Part shown: positions 39,059 through 51,869 of the stretch, in pieces
How positions within the stretch are numbered: the stretch's first letter is position 1
Layout: every line of letters starts with the position of its first letter
NCBI RefSeq assembly: GCF_018350175.1
Contig: NC_058368.1
Span: forward strand, 193,380,001 to 193,444,000
Reading direction: 5' to 3'
DNA: 64,000 nt
Source of the DNA: Felis catus
Lineage: Eukaryota
Program-made: the position numbers and the translations under genes
Notes under the pieces: generated by a model
What the model was told of the DNA's origin: nothing
The model's input: the letters and a program-made list of their open reading frames with translations, nothing else
Databases searched by the model: none

Positions 39059-40267
39059 GCACAGGATCTCCATTTGTGTCAATGAGATACTATATAATTT
39101 GGACCAATACTTCCAGGGAGAACAACTAGAGCAGCTGGACAAAATACTTAAAAATCTTCTTGAATATATGGATGAGTTAACAAGAGAGTGAAGAATTACA
39201 GAGTCAGGATGTAGGGCTGGAGGAAAGCCAGGGAGGTAAGTCTTGTGTTTGGAACTACTTTTTCCCTGGAGACATTTACCAATTCTAGAGGAAGCAGCTA
39301 AACTAAGAAGAGACAAAAATAAGAAGCTGGAGTTTAGAGTTCAGGACCAAAAAACAATGGCAAGAAAAAAAAGGCTGATAAACAATCACTTTATTTTGGT
39401 ACCTAGAAGAGCTGTCCAAGGAGTAAAAATGAACTGGAAATAGACATGTGCTTGTAGGGACTGCAGTGTAGCTTCAAATCATCTCAGTCTCTGAAGCAGG
39501 ATTAAAATGATAATGGATTGCTAGTACAACAGGAAAATATGTATTTATTAGATAGAAAGATAACATTACCCCAGGCCTCAAATTGTTTCTACAGAAAATT
39601 CTCAAATACGATGTCTAGCACATAATAAAAAATAACCAGTTACACCAGAAGATAAAATAACATAGATAAAAATGAATAGAAAAGAGACAATAGGGACAAA
39701 TCCATAGGGGCTCAAGATATTAATCAGACATATATTTTATAATCAGCTATGCTTACTATCTTCTTGGAGATAAAATACAAGATTGATAATTTCATCAGAA
39801 TCCTAAAAAATGTAAAATAATCAAAAGGAAATTCAAAACTTGAAAAGGACAGAGACGGACATCAAGAATTTAATAGGCATAATGGCAGATTGGCTGCAGC
39901 TTAAAAGAGAATTTGTCAACTTCAAAATAGATCAAAGGAAATGAATAGTATTAAAGTGCAAAAAAAGAGAAGAGCATGGAAAATACAGAAAATAACGCAG
40001 GAGATATAGTGGATGGAGTGACAAACCCTAATATATAAGTAAATAGAATGTCATCAGGAGAAAAAGGAAGAAAGGAAGTATATAGAAGTAATTCTAAGAG
40101 TCATTGGCAAGAGTTTTCCAAACATGATAAAAGACATTAAGACATAATATCAAAAAGTCCAATGTACCCAAATAATGTTAATTAAAATAAATTACACTTA
40201 GGTACAACTCAGTCAAATTCTTGATAACCAAAGACAGAGAGAAACTCTTAAAAGCATCAATAGTTGA

Positions 40268-40479
40268 GGGACACTTGGGTGGCTCAGTCAGTTAAGCTTT
40301 CGACTTGGGTCATCATGATGGTACTATTTGTGAATTTGAGCCCCCCATCGGACTCTGTGCTGACAGCTCAAAGCCTGGAGCCTGCTTCAGCTTCTGTGTT
40401 TCCTTCCTCTCTGTTCCTCCCCCACTCGTGCTCTGTCTCTGTCTCTCAAAAATAAACACTAAAAAAAGTTAAAAAAAGA
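40268..40479 (+). mobile_element. Can-SINE within the old L1
   Basis: Can-SINE body. TSD AAAAGCATC(A/C)ATAGTTGA on both sides. Confidence 0.92.
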
Positions 40480-41777
40480 AAAAGCATCCATAGTTGAAAG
40501 AGTAATAGGAGACAGATTACTGCAAAACGGTCAACAATGCAACTCTTTTTAAGAAACAACTGAATTATATCTTTAAAATGCTGAGAGAAAATAACTACAA
40601 ATATAGACTATATCTAACACTGACGTTTTTCAAGAGAGAATGTGAAAAAAAAGACTTTTTTTTCTACAAATAAAAGAAAAAATATTTCTTAACAGACTCA
40701 CAGTAGTGGAAATATTAAAGGATAGTATTCATGGGTAAGGAAAATTATTCTAGATGGAAACAGAGATACAGAATAGAATAAAAAGTAAAAATTATAAACA
40801 TGGAGAAATATAAATAAATACAGACTGAATAAAATAGCAACAATAAGATATTGTTGAGTTTAAAAACACAAAAAATATGTAGCAATAATGGCATGAACAT
40901 TGGCAAGAAAATAAAGAAAGCTACAATGTTCAAAGTCTTTGCACTCTCTGGGAAGAGTATATAAATGCCAATACACAATAACATTTGATAAGTAAAGAAT
41001 GAATGTTTAAAGGTCTAGTGTAACCACAAAAATATTTAAAGGATGTCTAATTTCCAAATTAATAGAGGAGTAAAAAGTGAAAAAAATGTAAAAATTAGTA
41101 AATGTGAAAGAAGGCAAGAAATGAATTACACAGTAAAACCTACCATTAGAGGGGAATCCATGGTTTTAAATATGCATATATTAGAAAATAAGAAAAGCTA
41201 TAAAGAATAGTCAGTAGTTACACAACCATTTCAAGAAGTTAGGGAAAAAAAAAAAAAACCCTGTAAACTAAAGGCAAGAGAGAAGGAAACAAAGTAAAAC
41301 AAAGTCAAAACCAACCCTGGAAAGAGTCTTAGATAAAGTACAAGAGCGAGCAAGTTATGTCAGTAATATAAAAAGTAACATCACTACAAGTCCTACAGAC
41401 ATGAAAAAGAGGATATTATGAGCAAATTTATGACAACATATTTGAAAATACAGATGAAATGGACAAATTCCTAACATAGTATAAATTACCAAAATTGACA
41501 CAAGAAGAGTAACATAATTGACTAGGGCCATAGCTATGAAAGACATTTAAAGCTTTACACAAAGAAAACTCTGGGCCCAGCTTACCTCTCTTCAGAGTTC
41601 TATTGAACACTTAAAGAATAATTAACACCCACCTGACACAAATGCTTTCAGGAAATAGGAAAAGGAAGCACTCCCTACTCTTCTGAGGTTAGTCTAACTT
41701 TGATATTGGATCGAACATGGACATGATATGAAAAGAAAATTACAGGTACTTCATTTCATAATCAAGATGAAAAATAT

Positions 41778-42132
41778 TTTTTTTACTTTTATTTAAATTC
41801 TAGTTAGTTAACATACAGTATGATATTAGTTTCAGGTGTACAATATAGTGATTCAAAAATTCTATACATTACTTTGTGCTCATCATGAGAAATAATTCCC
41901 ATCACCTATTTCACCCATCCCCCTGCCTATCTCCCCTCTGGTAACCATCAGTTTGTTCTCTATAATTAAGAGTCTGTTTCCTGGTTTGCCTCTCTCTCTT
42001 TTTTTTTCCCCATTGCTTGTTTGTTTTGTTTCTTAAATTCCACAGATGAGTGAAATCATATGGTATTTGTTTTTCTGACTGACTTATTTTGCTTAGCATA
42101 ATATTCTGTAGTTCCATTCATGTTGTTGCAAA
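41778..42132 (-). mobile_element. Carnivore L1 3'-end fragment within the old L1
   Basis: TTTCAGGTGTACAATATAGTGATTCAA...CCCTCTGGTAACCATCAGTTTGTTCTC...GAGTGAAATCATATGGTATTTG. Confidence 0.9.
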
Positions 42133-42380
42133 TCCAGGTAAAAAATCTTAAAGAAAATATTAGTAAACAGGTTATAAGAGATAATATCATGACCAACGTG
42201 GCAAGGAAAAAATAATTCTGTCACTATTCACAGCTGACAGGACTATATTCATAGAAAACCAAAAAAACAGTACAGGAAAATATTAGAATTGCTCAATGAA
42301 CAGAGCAAGGTCACTGGACATGAAATCAATATAAAATATCATTCTATTTCAATATGCCAGCAACAAATAATTATAGCATT

Positions 42381-42595
42381 TTTTTAAAAAGCTTATTTAT
42401 TTATTCTGAGAGAGAGAGACAGGATGCAAACAGGGGAGGGAGAGGGACACAGAGAGGGAGAAAGAGAACATCAAGCAGACTCTACCATGTCAGCACGGAG
42501 CCCGATGTGGGGCTCGAACTCACAAACCATGAGATCATGACCTGAGCCAAAACCAAGAGTTGGACACTTAACTGACTGAGCCACCCAGGTGCCTC
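42381..42595 (-). mobile_element. Can-SINE within the old L1
   Basis: Antisense body ending GAGCCACCCAGGTGCC. TSD TAAT(T/C)ATAG(C/T)ATTT. Confidence 0.92.
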
Positions 42596-44418
42596 TAATC
42601 ATAGTATTTCTAAAGATACTGTTTATAACATCAAAAAAATTAAATACTTAGAAAATAAATCTATCAAAAGATGTGCAAGGTTTCTATACTGAAAACTACA
42701 AAACATTACTGAAAGAAATATAAGATCTAAATAAATGGAGCAATATATTATGTTACTGGATTGAGAGACTTGATATTTAAATTCATCACTTCTCCCAAAC
42801 TGATATGTAAGGTAAATGCCAACCCAATTAAATGTCACCCCTATAGATATTTTTTTCATAATTTAACATGTTGATTTTAAAATTTACATAAAAATGTAAA
42901 GGTCTAACAACAGATCCAAAACAATTTTGAAGAAGAAAAGGTGGATAGACTTGCTATCCCTTCTATCAAGATAGGTTAAATATAAGACCTAAGATACATA
43001 AACAGACCAATGGCATAGAAAAGAAAGACCAGAAACAGAACTACATGTACTTGGTCACGTGATTTATGACAAAGATGCCACTTAAGCTCAGTGGAGAAAG
43101 GATGAACTTTTCAATAAATGAGGCCATCAGTTGGATATCTATATGGAAAAATTGATTCTAGATCCCTATATCACACCATATGCAAAAATCAATTCCAGAT
43201 GGAATGTTAATGTGAATGGGAAAACATAAAGCCGCCAGAAGGTAATACAGGAGAATATCTCCATGACCTCAGGGTAAGAAAAGTCTTCTTAAACAGAATA
43301 TAAAACTATCCATAAAAGAAAAAAAAAAACTGGTATATTGGACTGCGTTAAAATGAACAATTTCTGTTCTTCACATCAGGAGATACTGTTAAGAGACTGA
43401 AAATATAAGCTAAATAAAGGAAGATATTTACAAGAGACACACTTGACCAAGAGTTCACATCTAGAACATCTCTAAATCAGTAAGAAAAGCACAGATGACC
43501 CAGTAGGAAAGTGGGCAAAAGGCATGAACTGTTACTACTTTCAAAAGCATATCAACACTTCAATAAACATATGAAATGAAGCTAAACCTCACAAATAATC
43601 GGGAGAAAAACAAATTAAAATCACAATGAGTTATCACTACACCCCCACCACAAGAGCTAAAATTAAAATAATTGACAATCCCAAGCATTTGAGAGAATTT
43701 GGAGCATTGAGAACTGTCACATACTGATGGTGGGAGTGTAAATTGGTACAGCCACTTTGGAAACTATTTGGCAGTATCTATCGAAACAGAACATTCTCAT
43801 ATCATTGCTAGGTTTACATCCAACAGAAATACGTGCACATGTGCACCAAGAGACATATACAAGAGTATTTATAGAGTCATTATTCAAAAGTGTAAAGAGC
43901 CCACATGTCCATCAACAGTAGAATTATGGATGAATTGTGACACATTCATACAATAGAATCCTATACAGAAATGAAAATGAGTAAAATATACCCATATGCA
44001 ATATCATGGATGAATCCCATAAGTATAATACTGAGCAAAGGAAAACAGATACACATACACAACATTATACTTAATGACTCCCTTTATATAAATTTCAGAG
44101 AGTAGGCAAAATTAAACTGTGACATTTAGGAATGTGTGCTTAGGTGGAAAATCTAAAGGAAAACAAAGAGGTGATGAGTCAACAGAGAATCTCTTTGGTG
44201 GGACTATATATAGTGTTGAAAAGGGGTGAGAGAAAGCTCCCCGGGGGCTGGCAACATTAAATTTCTTGACCTGGGTGGTGGCTACTTGGAGTTAATTTGT
44301 GATAACTGAGCTATATAGTTTTGCTTTGAGTATGTATGTTAGACTTCATAATTTAAGAAAATAAAAAATGAGAGAGAAGCCAGAAACCTAGATTTTCAAA
44401 TGAAATACCTAGATTTTA

Positions 44419-44646
44419 TTTATTTTTAATGTGTATTTATTTTGAGAGACAGAGAAGGAGAGAATGTGTTTGCACAACCAGGGGAGTGGCAAAGAGAGAG
44501 AGAGGAAGAGAGAGAATCTCAAGCAGGTTCCATGCTGTCAGTGCAGAGCCCCACGTGGGGCTCTATTCCACAAACCATGAGATTATGACCTGAGTCGAAA
44601 TCAAGAGTCCGACTGTGCTTAATCCACTGAGCCACCCAGGTGCCCC
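44419..44646 (-). mobile_element. Can-SINE
   Basis: Antisense body. TSD TGAAATACCT(A/G)GATTTTA at 44401 and 44647. Confidence 0.93.
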
Positions 44647-44701
44647 TGAAATACCTGGATTTTAAAAAGCTAGCAACTAATTTTTAAAAATTTAGAAACC
44701 T

Positions 44702-44803
44702 CGGTTAAGTGGCCAACTCTTGATTTCGGCTCAGGTTAAGATCTCACAATTCACAGATCAAGCCCTCCATTGGGCTCTGCACTGATAGCACGGGGCCTGC
44801 TTG

Positions 44804-44845
<42 letters not shown>

Positions 44846-44914
44846 CCTCCCCCTCTCTCATGCATGCTCTCTCTCTTTCAAAATAAATAAACTTTAATAA
44901 ATACATAAATACAT
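44702..44914 (+). mobile_element. 5'-truncated Can-SINE
   Basis: Starts CGGTTAAGTGGCCAACTCTTG, with a long (CT)n. TSD AAAAATTTAGAAACCT at 44686 and 44915. Confidence 0.9.
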
Positions 44915-44933
44915 AAAAATTTAGAAACCTTTG

Positions 44934-45149
44934 GGGGCGCCTGGGTGGCGCAGTCGGTTAAGCGTCCGACTTCAGCCAGGTCACGATCTCGCGGTCCGTG
45001 AGTTCGAGCCCCGCGTCGGGCTCTGGGCTGATGGCTCAGAGCCTGGAGCCTGTTTCCCATTCTGTGTCTCCCTCTCTCTCTGCCCCTCCCCCGTTCATGC
45101 TCTGTCTCTCTCTGTCCCAAAAATAAAAATAAAACGTTGAAAAAAAAAA
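44934..45149 (+). mobile_element. Young SINEC_Fc
   Basis: Near-consensus CpG-rich body GGGGCGCCTGGGTGGCGCAGTCGG. TSD AAAAATTTAGAAACCTTTG at 44915 and 45145. Confidence 0.96.
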
Positions 45150-47173
45150 TTTAGAAACCTTTGTGGGGCACACACATTTCATCTGTGAGCTGCCATTCTG
45201 TAACTTCTGAAGGTAACTCTCCTCTGCTTGATTAGGAAGTCATGAACACTGAGCTTGATTTTATTCTAGTGTAACAGCTTGAGAAAGTTCAAGGCCACCA
45301 AGTTAATTTGCACATAGAGAACTAAAACTATGCCAAAGTAACACATCAAATTCTATTTCTCAAACCCCTTTCTTTTGTTCTCTCTCTCTCCCTTTCTCTC
45401 TCTCTCACTGTTAGCAACTCCCTGAAAAAGGACTCATTCTGAGGCTTCCTGGAGATTATAAACCATGACAAAAAATATATTAATAGCATTACTGTTTATC
45501 GAGAGCTTACTATATATCTAACTCTGTACTAAACTCTCTGCATACCAGTTAAATGTTCCTATGACTCAAGAATTATTGGATCTCTCTTACAGATGGGAAA
45601 GTTGAGGCTCAAGAACACAGCTAGCCAGTGGCAAATGGCATATACTGGATTCTTGGTTAGGTAGGCCTGTCGGTTGCTAACCATCACACCATGCTTTCAA
45701 GGCCAACAGTCCTGATGTAAGATATATGGACACCCTTCCAGGACGTCCTAGAACTTGTAAAGCAGATCTGTAGGTATTTACATATTCAATATGAAAATGG
45801 GCTCCAGCTTCTTAGGCCCTCATTACTTTGAACACTCCATAAAGACAGGTAATTGTGATAATCTATTGATCCTCCCAGTTTCCCTGAGACCCATGGCATA
45901 AGCTCAGTATGATTAAACAAAGCCCAGACCGATATCCAATATGGCTCCCCAGCCTGAATACAAAGAACACAGAGAGACAGAAAGAAAAGGAATTATAGCC
46001 ATCAAGGACTGAAAAGCCATGACTGCTATGTGACCAAAGAAAATACTGGGCAAATAGTGAATGTTCAAGAAATTCAGAAAATTAAAGCACTTTAGCCTTG
46101 GAAAATACCACTAGAGAGGATCTGGTCCCACTGCTCCATCATTGATAATGGGAATTGAAGTCCAGGGCAGTATGAAATACAGTGAAAGTGGGAAGAGTCT
46201 TACTCCACACATGACCACTTACTAGCGATGATGGTTTTTCTGTCTGTCAAGTGGGAATGTTAGAACAGACGTTGTTTAAAAGGAATTTAGGCTTTGTAGT
46301 CTTTTCTTTAAAATAAATCTTGACTGCAATCCCAATACAAAGCAGATGATAATGGAGGGCATGGTCAGATAGAGGGGAGGAGAGGGCAAATTTGTCTCTT
46401 TGTTCCTCCTTCCCCCAGAGCATTCCAGAGGCAGCTCCTGTACACAGTAGGTTCACAATGAATATTTGAAGAGTAAACTGTGAGTTCTTTGTTCCTGTAG
46501 AGCATAATTTAAAACAGTGGGGAGGAGGGTGCTCTAAGGTTTCTTCCAACCTGAAAAATTACAGTCATCTCAGGGACTTGCCTGTGACTCTCCTGTGAAC
46601 AAGGGTTTGAGCTGAGTGGCAAACCAGCTCTCCCACCTGGCATTCCAGAGTCCTAGGATGTGCTGTTGGACCCCTTGGCTGTGTACTCTTTACTTATAAG
46701 TTCTTTTGTTGAAGCCCTAGCTCTCTGGGGTTAGAGAAACGTTTGAAGAAATGTTTTCTGCTGTCCTCTCATTTTAAAAAAAAAAAACTCTGATCTGATT
46801 TTCATCTTTGCCTTAGACACATACCATGATAACAAAAAACATATACACAAGTAAATGAAACTTAATCCCAAGTCCTTCATGTCACAGTGAAAGGTCAGGA
46901 ACCAAAGAGACTTCATCTTTAGCAGTGAAATTATGAAATAGCCAGCCTAGAAGATATATAAAAGTCATTTTAGTATAGTATCACTGTGAAAAGCACGGAC
47001 TTCAGTGCACTTTTCTGAAAATAAAAAGTTAAATAAGAGTGTGGACAGGCTTGGTTCAAGTCTTAACTCCACGACTTATTAGCTATAGAATCTTTGGCAA
47101 GATTCCAAACTCTGTGGGTAGAAAGATTCTAAACTCATTGGGCTTCTGGTTTCTTGTTCATAAAATGTGGATC

Positions 47174-47318
47174 AGGACACCTGGGTGGCTCAGTCGGTTG
47201 AGTGTCCAACTCTTGGTTTTGGCTCAGGTCATGATCTCAGTTTGTGGGATCCCACAGTTCAGAGGCTGCTTGGGATTCTCTCTTTCCTTCTCTCTGCCCT
47301 TCCCCACTTATGCTCTCT

Positions 47319-47361
<43 letters not shown>

Positions 47362-47372
47362 AATAAGTAAAT
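47174..47372 (+). mobile_element. Can-SINE inserted into a MIR
   Basis: SINE body with (CT)n, flanked by the duplicated MIR core TAAAATGTGGATCA / TAAAATAGGGATAA. Confidence 0.88.
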
Positions 47373-50300
47373 AAAATAGGGATAACAGCAACCCTTAACC
47401 TCACAGAGATATAGCAGAGAAAGCATGTAAAGTGTTAAATACAGAGCCTAGCACCCAGGTCATGCTCATTGTTAGCTATTATCATCATTCTGAACACCAC
47501 TGATAAATTCTCTTGTGACAAATTCCCTGCCAAATCGTCCTTTGCTTGAAAACTTCCAGTAGTGGCAAACTCACTACCTCAAGGGGAATCAGCTTTACCC
47601 TCAAGTATTTGATCAGATTAGACTTGTACTTTCCTTATAACACAAGAATGTCCCTGAAGACCAAGATGAGGATGTTCCAGGTGGGATTAAAGGTTTTGAT
47701 GCAACTCTGACAGTCAAGGCTACTGTTACATTTGAAATAAACAGAAGGCGTCACCTTCCTGGTCTGGAAGATTCAGGTTGGCAATCTGTGCAAAGTTTAC
47801 CTTAACCCAAATTCATAGGCTGCCAGACATAGGGAAACTCTGAAATAAAGTTTTAGCAGCAACGTTTCAAGGTGGCAGACACCTATCTGCCTTCTTTCCT
47901 GGTTTCCTCCATCCCCTAGCCAGACAAGGAACAGACAGGTACTTATCTTTGGTCCCATCAGGATGTTCATTTTTCAGTCCAAACTCTGAGACCATCATTT
48001 TCTATGAATTCATTCCCCTTGGGGAAATGGTTTGAAATTCTCCATGCCTTCTTTGAGGAACATGGTGAGAAACCTGGTAGACACATGACGTTCTTTCCTA
48101 ATGAAATTCTGGATTGGAAAGCGTCTCTCTTTTCCTCCTATTTGAAAGCCATTCTCTACAATCTCCAGATTTCCATTACCAAACGGGAGGAGATGGCTTA
48201 CACTATAAACCACCTGTGACCAGTCCTGTTGGGCATCCAAGGCACTCAGTACCTCTGCCTACCTAATCTAGCCAACTTCATCTCCCTGCACACTCTTTGG
48301 TCAAATTGATAATTTTCCTCATTTTCCCCTGGGACTCCACATGTCCCAGGACTCTGACCATAGCTATTTCTCCTCTCCTTTAACTTACTTTAAAGTCGTA
48401 CTTTCTCTTGACCTTTACTTATGATCTTGACCCTTTCTGACCACCCAAAATCTATCTCCATATTATATAACCAATCAATTTAGATATCTGAATTGGAGGC
48501 AAACTCATTGGCAGGCTTGTACTATTTTCAAACAATTTCATGAGTATTATCCACCTACAAGATTACAGTATTTAGGATAAGTATTGTGACCTACACTTCT
48601 TTCATGCTTTCTAAAGAATCTAGTCTAGTAGAGGCTCAATAAATTTTTCTGGACAGAATAATCTAGTTGAGGTGATAAAAAGTATTAAGCTAGAATTAGC
48701 AATGGACTTTAGGTCAGCTTTTGGCTGAAGGAAGGAAATTATATAAAGTCAGTAGCCCCACATTGGTGAACCCTGATTAAACTTATACTGTTTAATGCCA
48801 GTCACCATGGTTTGACCTTCACTTAATTTTGTTAAAGTACCATAGGACAGATAGGCACCTCTGTATGCTCTTTGGTGGACCACATCATGAACTCAGGAGT
48901 GTAATAGATATTTACTGAAAGAAGGGAAGGGGGGAAGAAATCTTGAGAAGGAAATGCAAATCCAAATGCACTTAAGGGAGGCTGATAAATACCAATAAAA
49001 ATCTATTCTCCTCTGGACTGCCTTAGAACCTCAGCAATGCCCTCAGTTCTGTAGCTTGGCATTCAAAGTTCTCCCTATTCTGAACATTAACCGTTTTCAG
49101 TCTTGTCTATCAAACTTTTGCACCTATGTTCCTACAAATGGATGTTATTCTCTCTTTAGATCCCTGCTGTTTTCTTGCTTATTTATTATTTCTTTCCTCT
49201 AAGATGCACTAGACATGACCCACAATTTGAACCTCAGTTATCTCCTCTCTGATACTACCCAAATTCAGTGAAATGTATCAGCCCCAATAGCCTGTGCTAT
49301 TTTATCCCTGGATCCTCCCCCACATTGCTTGACTATACCTCTTCACCAAGCCTTAGCATTTTTGGTTGCATATGTATTATTTGTGGTTGATTATCTACAT
49401 GCCAGTCTCAAGAGCTTCTTCTAGATGATGACATGAAGGCAGGAGTGGTCTTTTATCCATTTTGATATTTTGTATGGCACTTAGAAGTAGTGAAATTTGC
49501 TCAATAATAGCTAGTAATAGTGTTAACATTTAAAGACTATTTCTATGGGCAAGGCACCATGTATTAGCTCCCTGAATACTCACAGTGATCCTCTGCAGCA
49601 AGAACTTCTATTACTGCTTTTTTCAGATGGAGAACGTGAGACTTAGAGACTTTAAGTGACTTGTCTGAAGCCACATGCCTGTGAAATGGAGGGACCAAAA
49701 TACAGACCCCTGGCACTTTGACTACAGTCTGAGTTCTTGAAAAAGATTTGGTGACCCCCCACAGGCAACCATCCTGGGGAGAACAGACTCTCAAAAACTG
49801 CAAAAGGGGGTGCAGGATCCATGACACAGACCTCCAGAGATCCTGACTCTTGAAAGTCTCAATAACGAATTCATAGTCAGGTAGTCCCCAAACGTACTAA
49901 GTGTTAAAACATACAAAGGAAAAGAGGGAAAGTGAGTTCTAAGGACCAAATTTCTATTGACCAAAGCTTCCCTTTAAAACAGGGCTTAAGGCTCTGCTGA
50001 GCTGAAAATTTCAAAACCATCACTCTCCCGCTGAGTGAACCCTTCAAAGGACCTTAAAGAAGCGTTCCTGCTGGTGTTTGCTTGCTCTCTCTGCTCCCTT
50101 CCTAGCAGAGAGCCAAGTGTGCAGAATGCCTGGGGAGGCCATGGGGCCAGGCAGGCTCAGAATGTTCACTGTGTCAGGTGAGGAGAGATCTGTGTCCACT
50201 TCTAGCCTTCACTGGCCTAAGTGATAGCTAAGTAGTACCATTGCTGGCTTCCCTGAATAGGACCAGGTTTGGAAGTCATGTGTGGTTTTTATTAAACACC

Positions 50301-51379
50301 CTGTTAAACTGGCAAAGAACAGTGACGTGGAATGCTCTTTTCCTGGGAAGAAAGGAAGACAAAGCCTTGGTAGCCTCTCTTGGTCTTTGAGGCTGTCACA
50401 TCAAATTTTACTTGAGAAGGGAAAGCAAGGGCACAAAAGACCTAAAAAGCCACAAGCCATGTTTTCAGGGTCTCTATCTCTCCTATCTCCCATTCTATCC
50501 AAGGTTTCCCAAACAGAAACACCCAGAATAATGAACAGAGAACGCTGGATTTGGAGTCAGGAGTCCTGGGTCCTAGACCCACCTCTCCCATTTGCAACTT
50601 GCATAACATACTGCAAATCAGAGGTCTTCCTTTGCCCATGTGCAAAATGGAGCTATAGGTAATATCTTTTGTAATTGCCTCTCTCACAGTGGCAACTGTG
50701 GGGATCCATGAGCCAATGTGTGAAGGGGTTTTGGCAGCTCAAAACCACGATGGAAAAATAGAGAATTATTGTTTGCTGGATTCTGTCATGCACATTTTGG
50801 ACAGAAAGAGAAAAACAAAAATAAAGAGGCTATGGGATATTCTTCTTAAAGGAAAGATGATTTTAGAATGCTTTTAATTTGACAATTTGTGAACATGTTC
50901 AAATTGAATAGATTCAAACTTGTTATATTCTGTGTGCTTAAAAGACTCCCCACCTCCCCTTTCCTTCTGTCTAAATTGTTTTCAGTCTCTTCTGGGACAT
51001 CATGATTGATACATCCAAACTGATCACTCAGTCTCTGAGATCTGTCATTCTCAAACTGTGAAAATGACACAAGCTTGGTACTATGTAAAGTGTTGACCTA
51101 TTTTCTCATTGTTTTGTATATGTTTATTTTCCTAATAAGATTATAGGTCCTGAGGCAGCCTTATGCATCTGTAACCCATCATGGAACATGACACTAGACA
51201 TTTGGAAATGATTTAATACATATTTAAAATTAATAAGTTAACCAAATAGTATTTACTGTTTAATCATATGTGCCTAGCATTTTGTTATATGGTAAGGAGC
51301 TCAAGAATATAATTATATTCTCTAAATCATATTTCACTTTTAAATACAGGTTTAAAATTACAAAGCATTTCTCAATTTG

Positions 51380-51795
51380 AGCAACAAAATCAATGAGGTA
51401 GTATTGGATTATAACCCAAAGTATAAAATAAATATCCATAAAACCATATTGATATCAATGAATGATTAAATGGGTAAATAAATGGGGAAGAATATTCAAA
51501 TCTCCTAGGCAAAATTCCAAATAGTTTATGTAGCTTCTCTGCCTTGAAAGAAATGGAGCATAATGCTCTACTCCTAAATGTGGGCTGGACATACCTATCT
51601 TTCCAAAGGATTAGCCAACCAAATATTTAGTGTTAGCTAATAATAATATACCATTATTGGTTGATTCGTTTTGACAAATGTGACATATTACTGCAAGATT
51701 TAATTACAGAAGGAAAAAAAACTAGATATGGGGTACACAGGAACTCTGAACTATCTCTAAGAACTTTCTGTAAATCTAAAATTGCAATAAAATGT
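51380..51795 (+). mobile_element. L1MC-type 3'UTR fragment
   Basis: ATGAGGTAGTATTGGATTATAACCCAAAGTATAAAATAAATATCCAT...CTTTCTGTAAATCTAAAATTGCAATAAAA. Confidence 0.75.
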
Positions 51796-51869
51796 TGATT
51801 TAGCATATGCTCTATGTGCCTATCTACGCACATCAGATTGAAAATACATGCTTGTCTTTTCCGTCTCTC

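Larger units (their letters stand above)
39060..44370 (+). mobile_element. Ancient degenerate L1 (L1ME3-like), ~5.3 kb including younger insertions
   Basis: A-rich + strand. ORF1-like remnants at ~39700-40700 and ORF2 remnants (GATGAAATGGACAAATTCCTA; GATTTATGACAAAGATGCC; GGTGGGAGTGTAAATTGGTACAGCCACTTTGGAAA). L1ME-type 3' end TTTCTTGACCTGGGTGGTGG...AATAAAAAA. Confidence 0.85.
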
